Source: Myxococcales bacterium
GTDB lineage: Bacteria; Myxococcota_A; Polyangia; Polyangiales; GCA-016699535
Reading direction: 5' to 3'
Assembly (NCBI GenBank): GCA_016699535.1
Contig: CP064980.1
Span: 3,296,835 to 3,360,834, forward strand
DNA: 64,000 nt
Below are positions 1 to 10,071 of the stretch, one piece after another; within the stretch, counting starts at the first letter, position 1; each line of letters starts with the position of its first letter. The notes under the pieces were generated by a model, which saw nothing but the letters and a program-made list of their open reading frames with translations, searched no databases and was not told the origin of the DNA. Both the position numbers and the translations under genes were made by a program.

Positions 1-631
1 TGTCATCGTCACGCTTCTCGATCATGATGTTGTCGGGTTTAAGGTCGCGATGGACGATTCCTGCAGCGTGTGCAGAGATCATGGCATCTGCAACTTGAGC
101 GGCAATATGACAAGCATCCCTCCAAGAAAAAGTTTCGTGTCGATCGAAAAGCTCTCCGAGACTGTGTCCTGTAACAAACTGCATGACGAGATAGGCGCCG
201 CCTTCGGGTAGCGTTCCGTAGTCCAGGGCGCTTGCAATGTGAGGATGCTCTAACCTGGCACTGGCCATCGCCTCGCGGGCAAAGCGCGCCGTGATTTCAT
301 CGTTGCCAATGAATCCTGAAAGAATCGCTTTAAAGGCCACACGCTTGTGGAGTTTTAGGTGCTCGGCGACAAACACCTTTCCCATGCCGCCCTCGCCCAG
401 CACTTCTAGGATGCGATACCGTTCATCAATCACTCTCCCGATCCAAGAACCTTCCTTTGCTTCGCTGACCGAAACAGCAAGCTGGGTTTGCCCTTCCGGG
501 TCTGCAGCGTGCGAGGCAGAGACCTGCATCGGAGCAAAGGCAGCCGTGGGTTGCCGAACATGCCTGCCGCTGTCCTTGCCCACCTCGCTGCTTTCATTGC
601 CATGACCGCTATCTTTAGAAGCATGAGACAT
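1..631 (-). CDS. Ser/Thr protein kinase, N-terminal ~210 aa (gene runs off the left edge of the window)
   Basis: Absent from the ORF track because it is open at the window edge. Reverse-strand translation from the ATG at 631-629 gives the glycine loop LGEGGMGKVF, the VAFK lysine and the catalytic loop HRDLKPDNIM. Confidence 0.85.
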   Translation of the reverse strand, partial: MSHASKDSGHGNESSEVGKDSGRHVRQPTAAFAPMQVSASHAADPEGQTQLAVSVSEAKEGSWIGRVIDERYRILEVLGEGGMGKVFVAEHLKLHKRVAFKAILSGFIGNDEITARFAREAMASARLEHPHIASALDYGTLPEGGAYLVMQFVTGHSLGELFDRHETFSWRDACHIAAQVADAMISAHAAGIVHRDLKPDNIMIEKRDDD

Positions 632-912
632 CTGTGCCCAGGATACCTAAATCACGCTTTCATGCCTAACATGTAACCTTTGGCACGACTTGAGACCGCC
701 ACAAAAATCGCTCAGCCACAGCATTTTTTCAGCTTTTCACGCTCATTGTCGCAGGTCATGGGAGCCCTTGAAAGGGCTTTTAGATCCCTGCCCTGCGGGT
801 AACGACACAATTTGGCACAGCTTTGCGTGCTCAAAACAGAATCATAACAGTAAAGAACCAATGGCACGGTTGTTGCTGTAACTGCACTGAACTTTCAAAA
901 TAAGGAATATCA

Positions 913-1878
913 ATGAATCGACATAGAAAACGTGCTCCGTGGGTTATTGTAGCAGCTTCTGCGCTTAGCTTATCTTCTGCAGCTTGTGATGACGAGAGCC
1001 CTCGCTTCTGTGATCCCTGTCAGTCCCAGTGCGACAGCGGCACCTGCAACCCTCCGCCGCCCTACGAGGATGCGGGAAACGATGGAAATACACCAGATGG
1101 TGGCAATGGCGGCGATGGCGGCTGACGCCCAAGCACACGCTGATCTTGATCTTCAACGCGTTCAAAAGGAGTGGTCGGCACGCGTCACTGCCGAGTACCG
1201 ATCAGCCGCACTTAGCGCGCAAAGCTTGCATTGGCTCATTCAACTTGGCCTAAGCCCTGATACCATTGACCTAGGGCACCGGATTGTTCGTGATGAACTC
1301 GATCACGCGGCTGACTCGTTTGACGTGTTTCAAGCTGCTGGCGGAAAGCAACGCTCCGTGCTGGACCCGCATACGCTTCACTTTAAACAAGCCGGCAAGC
1401 AGCCCTTGCCGTTTCAGGTTTTGGATGTCGCCGCTTCGGTATTCTGCTGTGGCGAGACCGTGGCCGTGCCACTTTTCCAAGCCATGCTCAAACAAACGAC
1501 CGCAAAAGACGCTAGAGCAGCTTTAAAAAGGATTGTAAAAGATGAAGCCGTGCATAGCGCCTTTGGATGGAGCCTGCTGGACGAATTATTGGAACTTCTA
1601 AAAGATCAAGGACGAGATTTTTAAGATCACGACTTGAGGGCTATTATAGCAATCTTTCTAACGACTACTCTCACAGTCTTCTCGAAACGACAGCTTTGGA
1701 AAAGAGTTGGGGCCTACTCGACGGAGCCGAATACCGGCGCATCACTGAGGAGTGCATCGCAAAAGTGATTCGACCACGATTCGAAAACAAACTTCATCGC
1801 CGGTGGATCTCAATTCAACCGCTATCTATCGATAAAGAGACCGAGCAACTTATTGGTGCCTTAACTCACGGGCCCTGA
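913..1878 (+). pseudogene. Ferritin-like (di-iron four-helix-bundle type) protein with a lipoprotein signal, split over three frames
   Basis: ORF 913-1125 encodes a signal peptide with lipobox LSSAAC. ORF 986-1624 carries DELDH and DEAVH (ExxH-type) motifs. The homologous-looking continuation 1567-1878 is in another frame, and the break coincides with the T5 run at 1618-1622. The first junction (~1100-1125) could instead be two overlapping genes. Confidence 0.5.
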
Positions 1879-2027
1879 CATGTCGTTCTTGCACCCACTC
1901 GACCACTGCTTGAGTTCAGCAAACCCTATAAACTCAAAAATGTCCCTTGATTTTTGACGCTTTCGAATTGCCATACCCACAATATATTCTACACTAGGAG
2001 TACTAGCTCTTCGTTGCGGGATTTTTC

Positions 2028-4160
2028 ATGAGACTTACTATGCGGCTTACTTTTCTTCACTTTGTTCTAGCCTTCTTTTTGTTTGCTTGTGGTTCAAGTA
2101 ACCATGCTCTAACCGAAGACGCTGGCGTCGATGGCGAGATCGACGCTGCCGCGCTGCTCAGCGACGGCGGAAAGGAAGGCGAGACGCTACCGGATTGGGA
2201 AGAAGGCGCTTGTCGCCTCGAGCCCGCCGCTGAGCCTTTTGCAAACCCCTCGACTGAGTTGCATTGGGATGCAAGCGCATTGCCTTTTCCAGAGTTTAAG
2301 CATGCCATCATGTCTCCTGTCGTAGTTGATTTTGTACCTGAGGCCGAAGGCGATGCCATTCCCGAAATCGTTTTTATCAGTTACCAAAACTATCCTGAAA
2401 CAGGCGTTCTACGCGTGGTCAGCGGACGAAGCCCCTACACCAATCTCCTCACCTTTGCTGGCGATGGCAGCGCACCGATCGTTGCTCCAAGTACCGATAC
2501 CACAGGCAAAACACCTGCCTTGCGTTTTGACGGACATGTCGCGGCCGGTGATCTGAACGGCGACGGTTATCCTGAGATCGTAGCCACTAAACAAAACGGT
2601 GGCGTGGTGGCGTTTACCCGAAACTCCGATGGAAGTTTTTCGGAACTGTGGAGTAAAAATGGCAGCGACTGGCCGGGAGTCTCAAGCGCCACCGGGGAAA
2701 CGCAGCCCAACGGATCTCCTGCCATCGCAAACTTGGATGGAACAGGCTCCCCAGAAGTAATTATTGGACGTCTGGTACTCAACGGCAACGACGGTTCACT
2801 GCGTTGGATCGGAACAGGCGGAGCCAAAGGGATCAACAGCCAGGGCCCTTTGAGTTGCGTGGCAGATTTGGATGAAGACGGGTCCATGGAAGTCATCGCT
2901 GGAGCCACAGTGTTCGACAAAGATGGAAATATCGTGTGGCAAAACAAAGACGGGTCCAATAATCCTGAAGAAGGGTTTTGCGCTATTGCAGACGTTGTCT
3001 CAAACAGCGATGGAAGTGCTGGCCAAGACGGCTTGCCCGAAGTGATCCGCGTTTCCAAAGGAAAGGTGTATTTTCACGAGACACGCATCAATGGCAACGA
3101 AGGTAATGTTGTTTGGTCTATAGAGATTCCGAAGTGCGATACCGAAAACAACATCACTTGCACGAGCAATTGCGCAAGCAAAAACTCTGGAGGCGCGCCG
3201 ACTGTGGCTGATTTCGATGGCGACGGCAAAGCCGAGGTTGGTGTCGCTGGAGGCAGCTGCTATGTCGTGTTTGATCCAGACTGCAAAGGAGCAAATGTCG
3301 AAGGATGTGTAGAAGACGGCATTCGTTGGGTACACAGCACCGAAGACGATTCTTCCAATGTCACTTCCTCCACCGTTTTTGATTTCAACGGTGATGGCAG
3401 CGCCGAAGTTGTCTACAATGACGAACAACGCTTTTTGGTTTTCGATGGAAAAACCGGAGCCGAAGTATTTTCCGATTGGAACCCTTCAAGAACTCGCACC
3501 GAGCAACCCATCGTCGCTGACGTTGACAATGACGGCAATGCTGAAATCGTTTTTGTCAGTAATACTGAAGCAAACTTTGCTGGCGATGGAATCCCTGGAA
3601 ATGTAAGCGCAGAAGAACGCATCCCCGGCGTCGAAATCTGGTCAAGCGCTGATGATTCCTGGGTCCGTGCAAGGCCACTGTGGAACCAACACACTTACCA
3701 TATTAGTAACGTCAACGACGACATGACGATTCCAACCGAAGAGATAGCCAGTTGGAAAACGCACAACACTTATCGTCTCAACGCTGCGGTGGGAGATTCT
3801 TTGGCGGCGCCTGATTTAGGCACGGATGCTGGCGCCGTTGTGTGTGAAGACTTTACGATGAAGCTTTGCATTCAGCTCTACAATTCGGGTGACGTAGAAG
3901 TTGGCGCAGGGATTGAAGTTGAATTTCACCGCGACAGTGCCGATGGCGAATTGCTCGCAAGCACAGCAAGCTCTCGAAACATCCCCCCAGGGGAATACGG
4001 CGAAGTCGTGTGTGGCGAGTGGGATCCAGCCAGCTCTGAAGTCGGCCCCGTGGATATTGTCGCGTTAATCGATCCTGGGGCAAAAGAACGTGAATGCGTC
4101 GAAGATAACAACTCACTAAGCTTTTCTGTCATTCCCTGTAGTTTTGATTCGGTGTTCTAG
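2028..4160 (+). CDS. Secreted FG-GAP/VCBS-repeat (integrin-alpha-like beta-propeller) lipoprotein
   Basis: Signal peptide with lipobox LFACGSS. Repeated Ca-binding-type motifs: DLNGDGYPEIV, ANLDGTGSPEVI, ADLDEDGSMEVI, ADFDGDGKAEVGV, FDFNGDGSAEVVY, ADVDNDGNAEIVF. Confidence 0.8.
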   Translation: MRLTMRLTFLHFVLAFFLFACGSSNHALTEDAGVDGEIDAAALLSDGGKEGETLPDWEEGACRLEPAAEPFANPSTELHWDASALPFPEFKHAIMSPVVVDFVPEAEGDAIPEIVFISYQNYPETGVLRVVSGRSPYTNLLTFAGDGSAPIVAPSTDTTGKTPALRFDGHVAAGDLNGDGYPEIVATKQNGGVVAFTRNSDGSFSELWSKNGSDWPGVSSATGETQPNGSPAIANLDGTGSPEVIIGRLVLNGNDGSLRWIGTGGAKGINSQGPLSCVADLDEDGSMEVIAGATVFDKDGNIVWQNKDGSNNPEEGFCAIADVVSNSDGSAGQDGLPEVIRVSKGKVYFHETRINGNEGNVVWSIEIPKCDTENNITCTSNCASKNSGGAPTVADFDGDGKAEVGVAGGSCYVVFDPDCKGANVEGCVEDGIRWVHSTEDDSSNVTSSTVFDFNGDGSAEVVYNDEQRFLVFDGKTGAEVFSDWNPSRTRTEQPIVADVDNDGNAEIVFVSNTEANFAGDGIPGNVSAEERIPGVEIWSSADDSWVRARPLWNQHTYHISNVNDDMTIPTEEIASWKTHNTYRLNAAVGDSLAAPDLGTDAGAVVCEDFTMKLCIQLYNSGDVEVGAGIEVEFHRDSADGELLASTASSRNIPPGEYGEVVCGEWDPASSEVGPVDIVALIDPGAKERECVEDNNSLSFSVIPCSFDSVF

Positions 4161-4230
4161 CCGAAACGATCAACTACTGTTATAATTTCTTCCGATAATT
4201 CATGAGTGCACAGTGCTTTAGGAGGTATCT

Positions 4231-4782
4231 ATGTCCAATGCTTGTTTGCTACTCGCCGAAGGTTTTGAAGAAATTGAAGCAATCACCGTGCTCGATGTCC
4301 TACGGCGCGCCAATATCGACATCGCGGCTGTCGGTGTTGACAGCGAATCAGTGCTTGGAGCGCACGGAATCAAAGTGCAAACTGATCTGACCATGCCGCA
4401 AGCCGTTGATCGCAATTGGGACGTCGTTATTTTACCGGGCGGATTGCCTGGTGCACAAAAGCTCACGCAAAGCAAAGAAGTACAAAAGTTAATCAAAAAG
4501 CAACATCAGCAAAGCAAAAACATCGCTGCGATTTGTGCAGCTCCAATGGCGCTCGCCAAAGCTGGCGTCCTTACCGGCAAACAAGCTACATGCTATCCCG
4601 GGTTTGAATCCTACCTGAAAGAGGGTAACGCTACATTCCACAAGCAAGATGTCGTGGTCGATGGCACGATTACCACGAGCCGCGGCCCAGGCACCGCCCT
4701 AGCCTTTGCCCTTGAACTTGTCGCTCAACTCAAAGGGAAGAACATCGCCGATGAGCTTGCCAAAGCGACCTTGAGCACATAG
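4231..4782 (+). CDS. DJ-1/PfpI family protein (YajL/ThiJ-like)
   Basis: Typical DJ-1 layout: LLAEGFEEIEA near the N-terminus and the nucleophile elbow AAICAAP. Confidence 0.85.
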   Translation: MSNACLLLAEGFEEIEAITVLDVLRRANIDIAAVGVDSESVLGAHGIKVQTDLTMPQAVDRNWDVVILPGGLPGAQKLTQSKEVQKLIKKQHQQSKNIAAICAAPMALAKAGVLTGKQATCYPGFESYLKEGNATFHKQDVVVDGTITTSRGPGTALAFALELVAQLKGKNIADELAKATLST

Positions 4783-5040
4783 CGACAACTCTACGAAAAC
4801 CATGTTCTGACTCTTTTACGTACCACGAGTCGTTATTTTCGGCTGCTCCGTAAAGGATGGACTTTATCCTTCGCACTCGCATGGTACAAAACTTTTCAGA
4901 ACTTGCTCCTTCATGGACCCACTGCACATCAATACATGAGGGCGGGTATGGTGCACTGTCGGTATGTTGAGTAAATCGACAGCGCGTTATGTTTGAGTAC
5001 AATAGTGAGTTCGAGTATCTCAAGCGTGGAGGGCAGAACA

Positions 5041-6633
5041 ATGGGGCAGAGCATGCGAATCTTAGTAGCAGTATGGGTTATCTTTTTGTTAACACAATGC
5101 AGTAGTGATAAAAAAAGCGGCATTGATCCAAACGATCAAAACAATACAACCGATATTCCTAGTGACGTAGCATCCGCCTATCCAGTGGGCCTCGCGATTA
5201 GCTCGCCGCTCCAAGTTGCAAGCACTCAAGCGCCTGCACTTCCTCAACAATTACAAAACGCGTCCCCTGTTGCTGCAGCGCGTAGTTTTCTTAGCGGTGA
5301 TTGGCTTAGCAGTCACGAAATGGCCACCACCGAAATCAACGAAGTGCTCAATGGCCAAGTCTCGGTATTTGATGGCAATGATTTTTTTGTAAACGCCGGA
5401 CGGGCCAATTGTTATGGACCAACGGTAAAGTACAGTTCGCATCCCGATGAAATGGGCGGAGGCGGAGGCAGTGCCGATGGCCAGCTTCCCGGTGGCGATG
5501 TCGGCATTTGGCTTGAAAGCGAAAGCAGCGGTGAAGCATGTGCCGCAGCAGAGCTTAATAGTCTGCTAAGTGGCCTAAGCAGCCAAGGTCTTGCCGCCCT
5601 CAAGGCCCTCGCCGCACTTGCCTATGTTGCTTTCAATGAAAACGGTGCGCTACCCGCGGCCGGTGACAGTGCCGACCTTACTGCAGCGATGAACGCGGCG
5701 GGGCTAAGCGATACAACTTTCATTCATGCGAATTTGGGCCAACCGGAAACAGACACCTGGAGTTACGAGCTTGAGTTTGACTTGACTCGGAACAGCGACA
5801 CTCATCGTGTTTATGTAAACCTCGAGCACCATGCATTGGGCACGGACAACTACGATGGTAAAGTCTTTTATCGTATAGGTGGAAGTAGCAGTGACTTTCC
5901 TGGCGGCAACTGCGCAGCTTCGAGTCGTACCCTAAACGGAAGCCTTTGGTATGAACTTGCTTCGGCTAATGATCTAAAAGTGCAGTCACGTACAGCCACT
6001 TATTGTGGAGAAAACATCGATGGCCGCGTTGTGGATAGCAGCACAGGTGATTATGGCCAACTCGACCCAAACAAGCGCATTCCAGACGACAGCGAAGGCT
6101 GGAGTGAGAACTTCAACCTCTTTGTCGGCAACTTTGATCCCAGCAACTCCTCCGGGACTTACACCTTTGCGTGGCAAGCCGGCGCAGGAGACAGCAACAC
6201 GCGCGTCTTTCAAATTGGCATCAACGATTTTGAAGCGCCCGATGGCGAAGCCTACTTTGCTTACGGTGCTCCCATGCACCAATTCACAGGTGAAATCCTC
6301 GGCATGATTTGCAACTGGGCAGGTCCGGGCTCCAATCACAGCTTGCAAGACTATGCACAGCGCCAGTTTGTTGAATTCGATGCCGCCGCAGGTATCTTTG
6401 TGCAGCCTGAAGGCGGATCCGATATTCTCTATGCGCCAACCAATAGTTGTTCCTATGACGGTAATGGCAACTTCCTATACGACACCAACGCTGATGGCTC
6501 GCTCGATGATGAAACCCACGCCGCAGTCACGGCGGATTTGTTTACGCCAGGTTCCGGCCAAAGCATCACCGAAGCCATCGCCGCCCGCGGCTACGATTTA
6601 CCCCAAGCCCCCGGAGGCTGGCCTGCGCCCTAA
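5041..6633 (+). CDS. Hypothetical secreted lipoprotein
   Basis: Long ORF. GGAGGG lies 8 nt upstream of the ATG at 5041. Signal peptide with lipobox LLTQCSS. No domain recognised. Confidence 0.6.
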   Translation: MGQSMRILVAVWVIFLLTQCSSDKKSGIDPNDQNNTTDIPSDVASAYPVGLAISSPLQVASTQAPALPQQLQNASPVAAARSFLSGDWLSSHEMATTEINEVLNGQVSVFDGNDFFVNAGRANCYGPTVKYSSHPDEMGGGGGSADGQLPGGDVGIWLESESSGEACAAAELNSLLSGLSSQGLAALKALAALAYVAFNENGALPAAGDSADLTAAMNAAGLSDTTFIHANLGQPETDTWSYELEFDLTRNSDTHRVYVNLEHHALGTDNYDGKVFYRIGGSSSDFPGGNCAASSRTLNGSLWYELASANDLKVQSRTATYCGENIDGRVVDSSTGDYGQLDPNKRIPDDSEGWSENFNLFVGNFDPSNSSGTYTFAWQAGAGDSNTRVFQIGINDFEAPDGEAYFAYGAPMHQFTGEILGMICNWAGPGSNHSLQDYAQRQFVEFDAAAGIFVQPEGGSDILYAPTNSCSYDGNGNFLYDTNADGSLDDETHAAVTADLFTPGSGQSITEAIAARGYDLPQAPGGWPAP

Positions 6634-6646
6634 AGGGGTCATTCAC

Positions 6647-6664
6647 CAAGAAGTTAACTTCTTG
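6647..6664. terminator. Possible terminator hairpin (18-bp perfect palindrome CAAGAAGTTAACTTCTTG)
   Basis: The palindrome lies 14 nt after the stop at 6633. No clear T-tract follows, so an intrinsic-terminator function is uncertain. Confidence 0.3.
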
Positions 6665-6766
6665 CCTCAGAATATATCTATTTAATAGGGACAAAATCAC
6701 AAGGAAAGTGACCCCCCGTTACAGAAAAACATGGCCTTAGCAGGAGGTTTTGTACGCAGCGAGCGC

Positions 6767-7800
6767 TTAGAGTTGCGCCGGAAGGTCGACTTCGATGCCC
6801 CAGGCCCGACAAGTGGAGCCCGACGGATCCATCCTCGAGCAGGCCTCCAGCCAAAACTCATAGGGGAAAAGTTCCAACGCAAAAAAAGCTACACAGGAAG
6901 TACGTTCAATAAAAACACGAAACCCCCTCAGAGCGGCAATCGCCAGCGCGCTCACGCCCAGAATAGGAGTGAGCAAATCCCAATCAATGACAATCCAATA
7001 GTGCCCGGGCCAGCCTACGGCGAAACCGTTGTCCGGCAATTCATCGATGCCGCTGCGATCGATTGACTCAAGACCGTTATCGGTCCCCGTGCCATACACC
7101 TCATCTGTATTTGGAAGACTATTTGAGTCCCTAACTTCCAAGCCATCAAGACCCGAACTTGCTAACTGATAACTGGCGTCGCTCGATGATACAACGACCG
7201 TTGCCTTGCCGGGCTCAGTTTCCATCACAGGCGATCCTGGAGGACAGGGGCCGCAGATATGTACGTCAAGAAAATCGTGCCAGACTTTCCCGTCCGCTCG
7301 ATCGGGTGCCACCATTTGCGCAAATGACACAGAACTCTCTGCGCCACTATAGAGACTTTCTTTTGTCCTCAGCCACGTTTCATACTGACGTGTCATATCA
7401 AAGTTTGTCCCTATCTCAAACTCTGCGTAGATGCACATCGTGCCATAGCAACCGGTGAACTGATGCATCGCACCAGGGCTGTTGTTGTTGCTATGAGCGT
7501 CAACAAACTCCCCCTAACGATCCCGCCGCGGCTGATATCATAGTATGATTTTTCACAGGCAAGCATAAGTTCACGCTGCGCTAGTTCATCAGAAGCCAAG
7601 GCGGGATTGTTCTCGGCACAGTTGCTTATGACTTGTGTGCACGCTTGCTATGTATCACGCCTGCTATTTATTTATGCAGACGCTTCACTTGACACTGTAT
7701 CGTCGCTTGCAACGGAACACCCTGTTGTGATCAGGATAACTCCCACTACGAGTTGCTTGTATGGATGTAGGCTTAGGTCAGAGATTGGGTTTCCTTGTAT
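6767..7800 (-). pseudogene. Hypothetical lipoprotein with a C-terminal hydrophobic anchor, disrupted
   Basis: Reverse-strand reading shows a lipoprotein-type leader (VVGVILITTGCS) that ends in a stop. A second frame follows (ORF 7411-7599), then a third (ORF 6767-7468). The 7599-to-7468 frame switch coincides with the C5/G5 run at 7510-7514. No ATG start was found for the leader. Confidence 0.4.
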
Positions 7801-8061
7801 AAATGCTTGCTAGTATCCTTGCAAATTTCAGGCCGAATAAATCTGTGAACTTCAAAAATGATTTCATTGCGATTTAGCTCATAGGGGCCATCAAACCCTA
7901 TCTTGAAGAACTCCAGACCGTGATCTTGGAGCGCTGTGATTTCAAATCGCTACAAAACGACTAGTGGTTAAAATTGGCATCCCTTTGAAGCGAGCGCTGA
8001 AACACCTGCTGACTGCAAAAGCAGTTGATAGGGTTGAAGCGTAAGCAAACGACCTGGAGCC

Positions 8062-9423
8062 TTATGCTACAAACACCGTTTTGATGTTGGTGAATTCGTG
8101 GATGCCGAACTCGGAGAGTTCGCGGCCGTGGCCGGAGTGTTTGATGCCACCGAAAGGGAGGCGTGAATCCGAGCGAACGAAAGTATTGACGAAACAACTG
8201 CCAGCCTGAAGGCTCTTTTTGGCAAGGCGTTCAGCTTTTTCGCTGTCTTTGGAGAAGATGGCTGCGCCAAGGCCGTAGTTTGTATCGTTGGCAATACGTA
8301 ACGCATCGTCTTGATCTTGCGCTTCGATGATAGAGGCCACCGGACCAAAGAGTTCCTCATGATAAGCGGGCATACCAGTTCCAACATTACCAAGTACAGT
8401 CGGAGGAAACCATGCACCGGGTTTATCGGGCACTTCGCCACCCAAAAGCAGCTTTGCACCCTTTTTAATGCTGTCTTGAACCTGCGAGTAGAGTTCATCG
8501 CGCAAGTCCATGCGCGCCATGGGACCGATATCGGTGTCTTCATCGAGCGGGCTGCCCACTCGCACAGCTTGCATGTGTTTAAGAACTTGTGCTTGAAACT
8601 CTTCAAGCACCCTCTTTTCAACGATGAAACGTTTAGCGGCAATACAGCTTTGACCGGCATTGATGAATCTGCTTTTGACGCAAGTTTTTGAAGCAAGTTC
8701 AATGTCTGCATCGGCAAGTACAACGTAGGGGTCAGAGCCGCCCAGTTCAAGCACGCATTTTTTTAGTGCCGCACCAGCTCGTGCAGCAACCGCACGCCCT
8801 GCCCGCGTACTGCCTGTGAGCGTTACCGCAGCAACACTCGGCTCGTCAATCAGCGCTTCGGTATCCTCGTTGTTCAGATACACATTGCTAAGCACTTTTT
8901 TAGGAAAGCCCGCCTTAACAAAAGCATCTTCTATTGCCTCAGCACAACCTGGAACGTTCGAGGCATGTTTGAGTATCATCGCATTGCCCGCCATGAGCGC
9001 TGGAGCTGCGCAACGAAACACCTGCCAAAAGGGAAAATTCCATGGCATGATTGCAAGAATCACCCCCAGGGGCTCAAAGGCCACGTAGCTTTTTGTGGCA
9101 TCGCTAGCAATGGGACGCTCGTTGAGCATCTGCTGGGCATTGGCAGCATAGTACTCGCAGCAGTTTGCGCATTTTTCGATTTCTGCGCGGCCCTCGACCA
9201 CGGCTTTACCCATCTCGACCGCCATCAGTTCGGCATAATCATTCGCAGACGAGCGCAAGACCGTTGCAAGACTATCAAAGCATTCGGCGCGCACGTTCAC
9301 ACTTTTACTTGCCCAGTGTTGCGCACTCCTTGCACATTCATTCGCAATGTCACCTGCTTCTTTAAGCGACATGCTGCGTGCCTCACGAAGGGAGCGGCCA
9401 TTTGAAGGGTTAATCAAGGCCAT
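8062..9423 (-). CDS. NAD(P)-dependent aldehyde dehydrogenase, succinate-semialdehyde dehydrogenase-like
   Basis: ALDH family motifs: PWNFPFWQV, VTLTGSTRAGRAV, LELGGSDP, NAGQSCIAAKR, EELFGPV. The length of 453 aa matches the Sad/GabD-type subgroup. Confidence 0.85.
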   Translation of the reverse strand: MALINPSNGRSLREARSMSLKEAGDIANECARSAQHWASKSVNVRAECFDSLATVLRSSANDYAELMAVEMGKAVVEGRAEIEKCANCCEYYAANAQQMLNERPIASDATKSYVAFEPLGVILAIMPWNFPFWQVFRCAAPALMAGNAMILKHASNVPGCAEAIEDAFVKAGFPKKVLSNVYLNNEDTEALIDEPSVAAVTLTGSTRAGRAVAARAGAALKKCVLELGGSDPYVVLADADIELASKTCVKSRFINAGQSCIAAKRFIVEKRVLEEFQAQVLKHMQAVRVGSPLDEDTDIGPMARMDLRDELYSQVQDSIKKGAKLLLGGEVPDKPGAWFPPTVLGNVGTGMPAYHEELFGPVASIIEAQDQDDALRIANDTNYGLGAAIFSKDSEKAERLAKKSLQAGSCFVNTFVRSDSRLPFGGIKHSGHGRELSEFGIHEFTNIKTVFVA

Positions 9424-9514
9424 CGCGTATCCTCTCTTTATTTCAACAAGAACATACGCCTGTTCGAAACAATTGTCGAATACGACTTACTGCATACGCG
9501 CCTCGAGAAGAAAC

Positions 9515-10015
9515 TTATTCAGTGGGAGGACCAACGGTTGGGACACACTGCAAAGTCACGTCGTGCGCGTGAGCGTTGGTTGTCGTCGAGCTTTTCGTGA
9601 GTGTGCCGTTTAATCTCAACGTTGCAATCTCGCCTGAAGTAAAGGTCACTGTATGCATATGGCCACTTCCCGTAAGCGAGTAAGGCCCAAGAGCGCCGTT
9701 TTCAAGATCACTTTCGGTAATCAGCAAAAAATGGGAATGCACAACAGTCTCCACCCCCACACTTAAGCTTTCATCGACGCCGCAGATTGCATTGTTGTTC
9801 GTGAGGCCCGAGTCAGTCGGCGTTAAACCATCTGTTGCAACATCTGCAGAACTGTCTTGACTCGTATTGCTATCCGGATCGCTACTCGTATCCGATCCGG
9901 CATCACTGGACGAACTCGCATCATCACACGCGGAAAGCGAAAGCAGGCCGCTTCCCAAACCAAGCAACACTGCTCCATCGCCAATAAACTCTCGCCTGTT
10001 TCGCTTCATGCCCAA
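9515..10015 (-). CDS. Hypothetical exported lipoprotein (Tat-like signal), His-rich C-terminal domain
   Basis: RREFIG twin-arginine-like motif followed by lipobox LSLSAC, a Ser/Asp-rich linker, then HSH, HMH and HAH motifs. Confidence 0.55.
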   Translation of the reverse strand: MGMKRNRREFIGDGAVLLGLGSGLLSLSACDDASSSSDAGSDTSSDPDSNTSQDSSADVATDGLTPTDSGLTNNNAICGVDESLSVGVETVVHSHFLLITESDLENGALGPYSLTGSGHMHTVTFTSGEIATLRLNGTLTKSSTTTNAHAHDVTLQCVPTVGPPTE

Positions 10016-10071
10016 GCCCTCCCCAAGTCATTAACTTGGCATCGAGCCAATGCAGTGTCAAATGAAGCAGG

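Noticed and set aside
6731-7066. A plus-strand 111-aa ORF between the lipoprotein gene and the disrupted minus-strand gene.
   Set aside because: It overlaps the 3' part of the minus-strand ORF 6767-7468, is basic and low in complexity, and has no start context.
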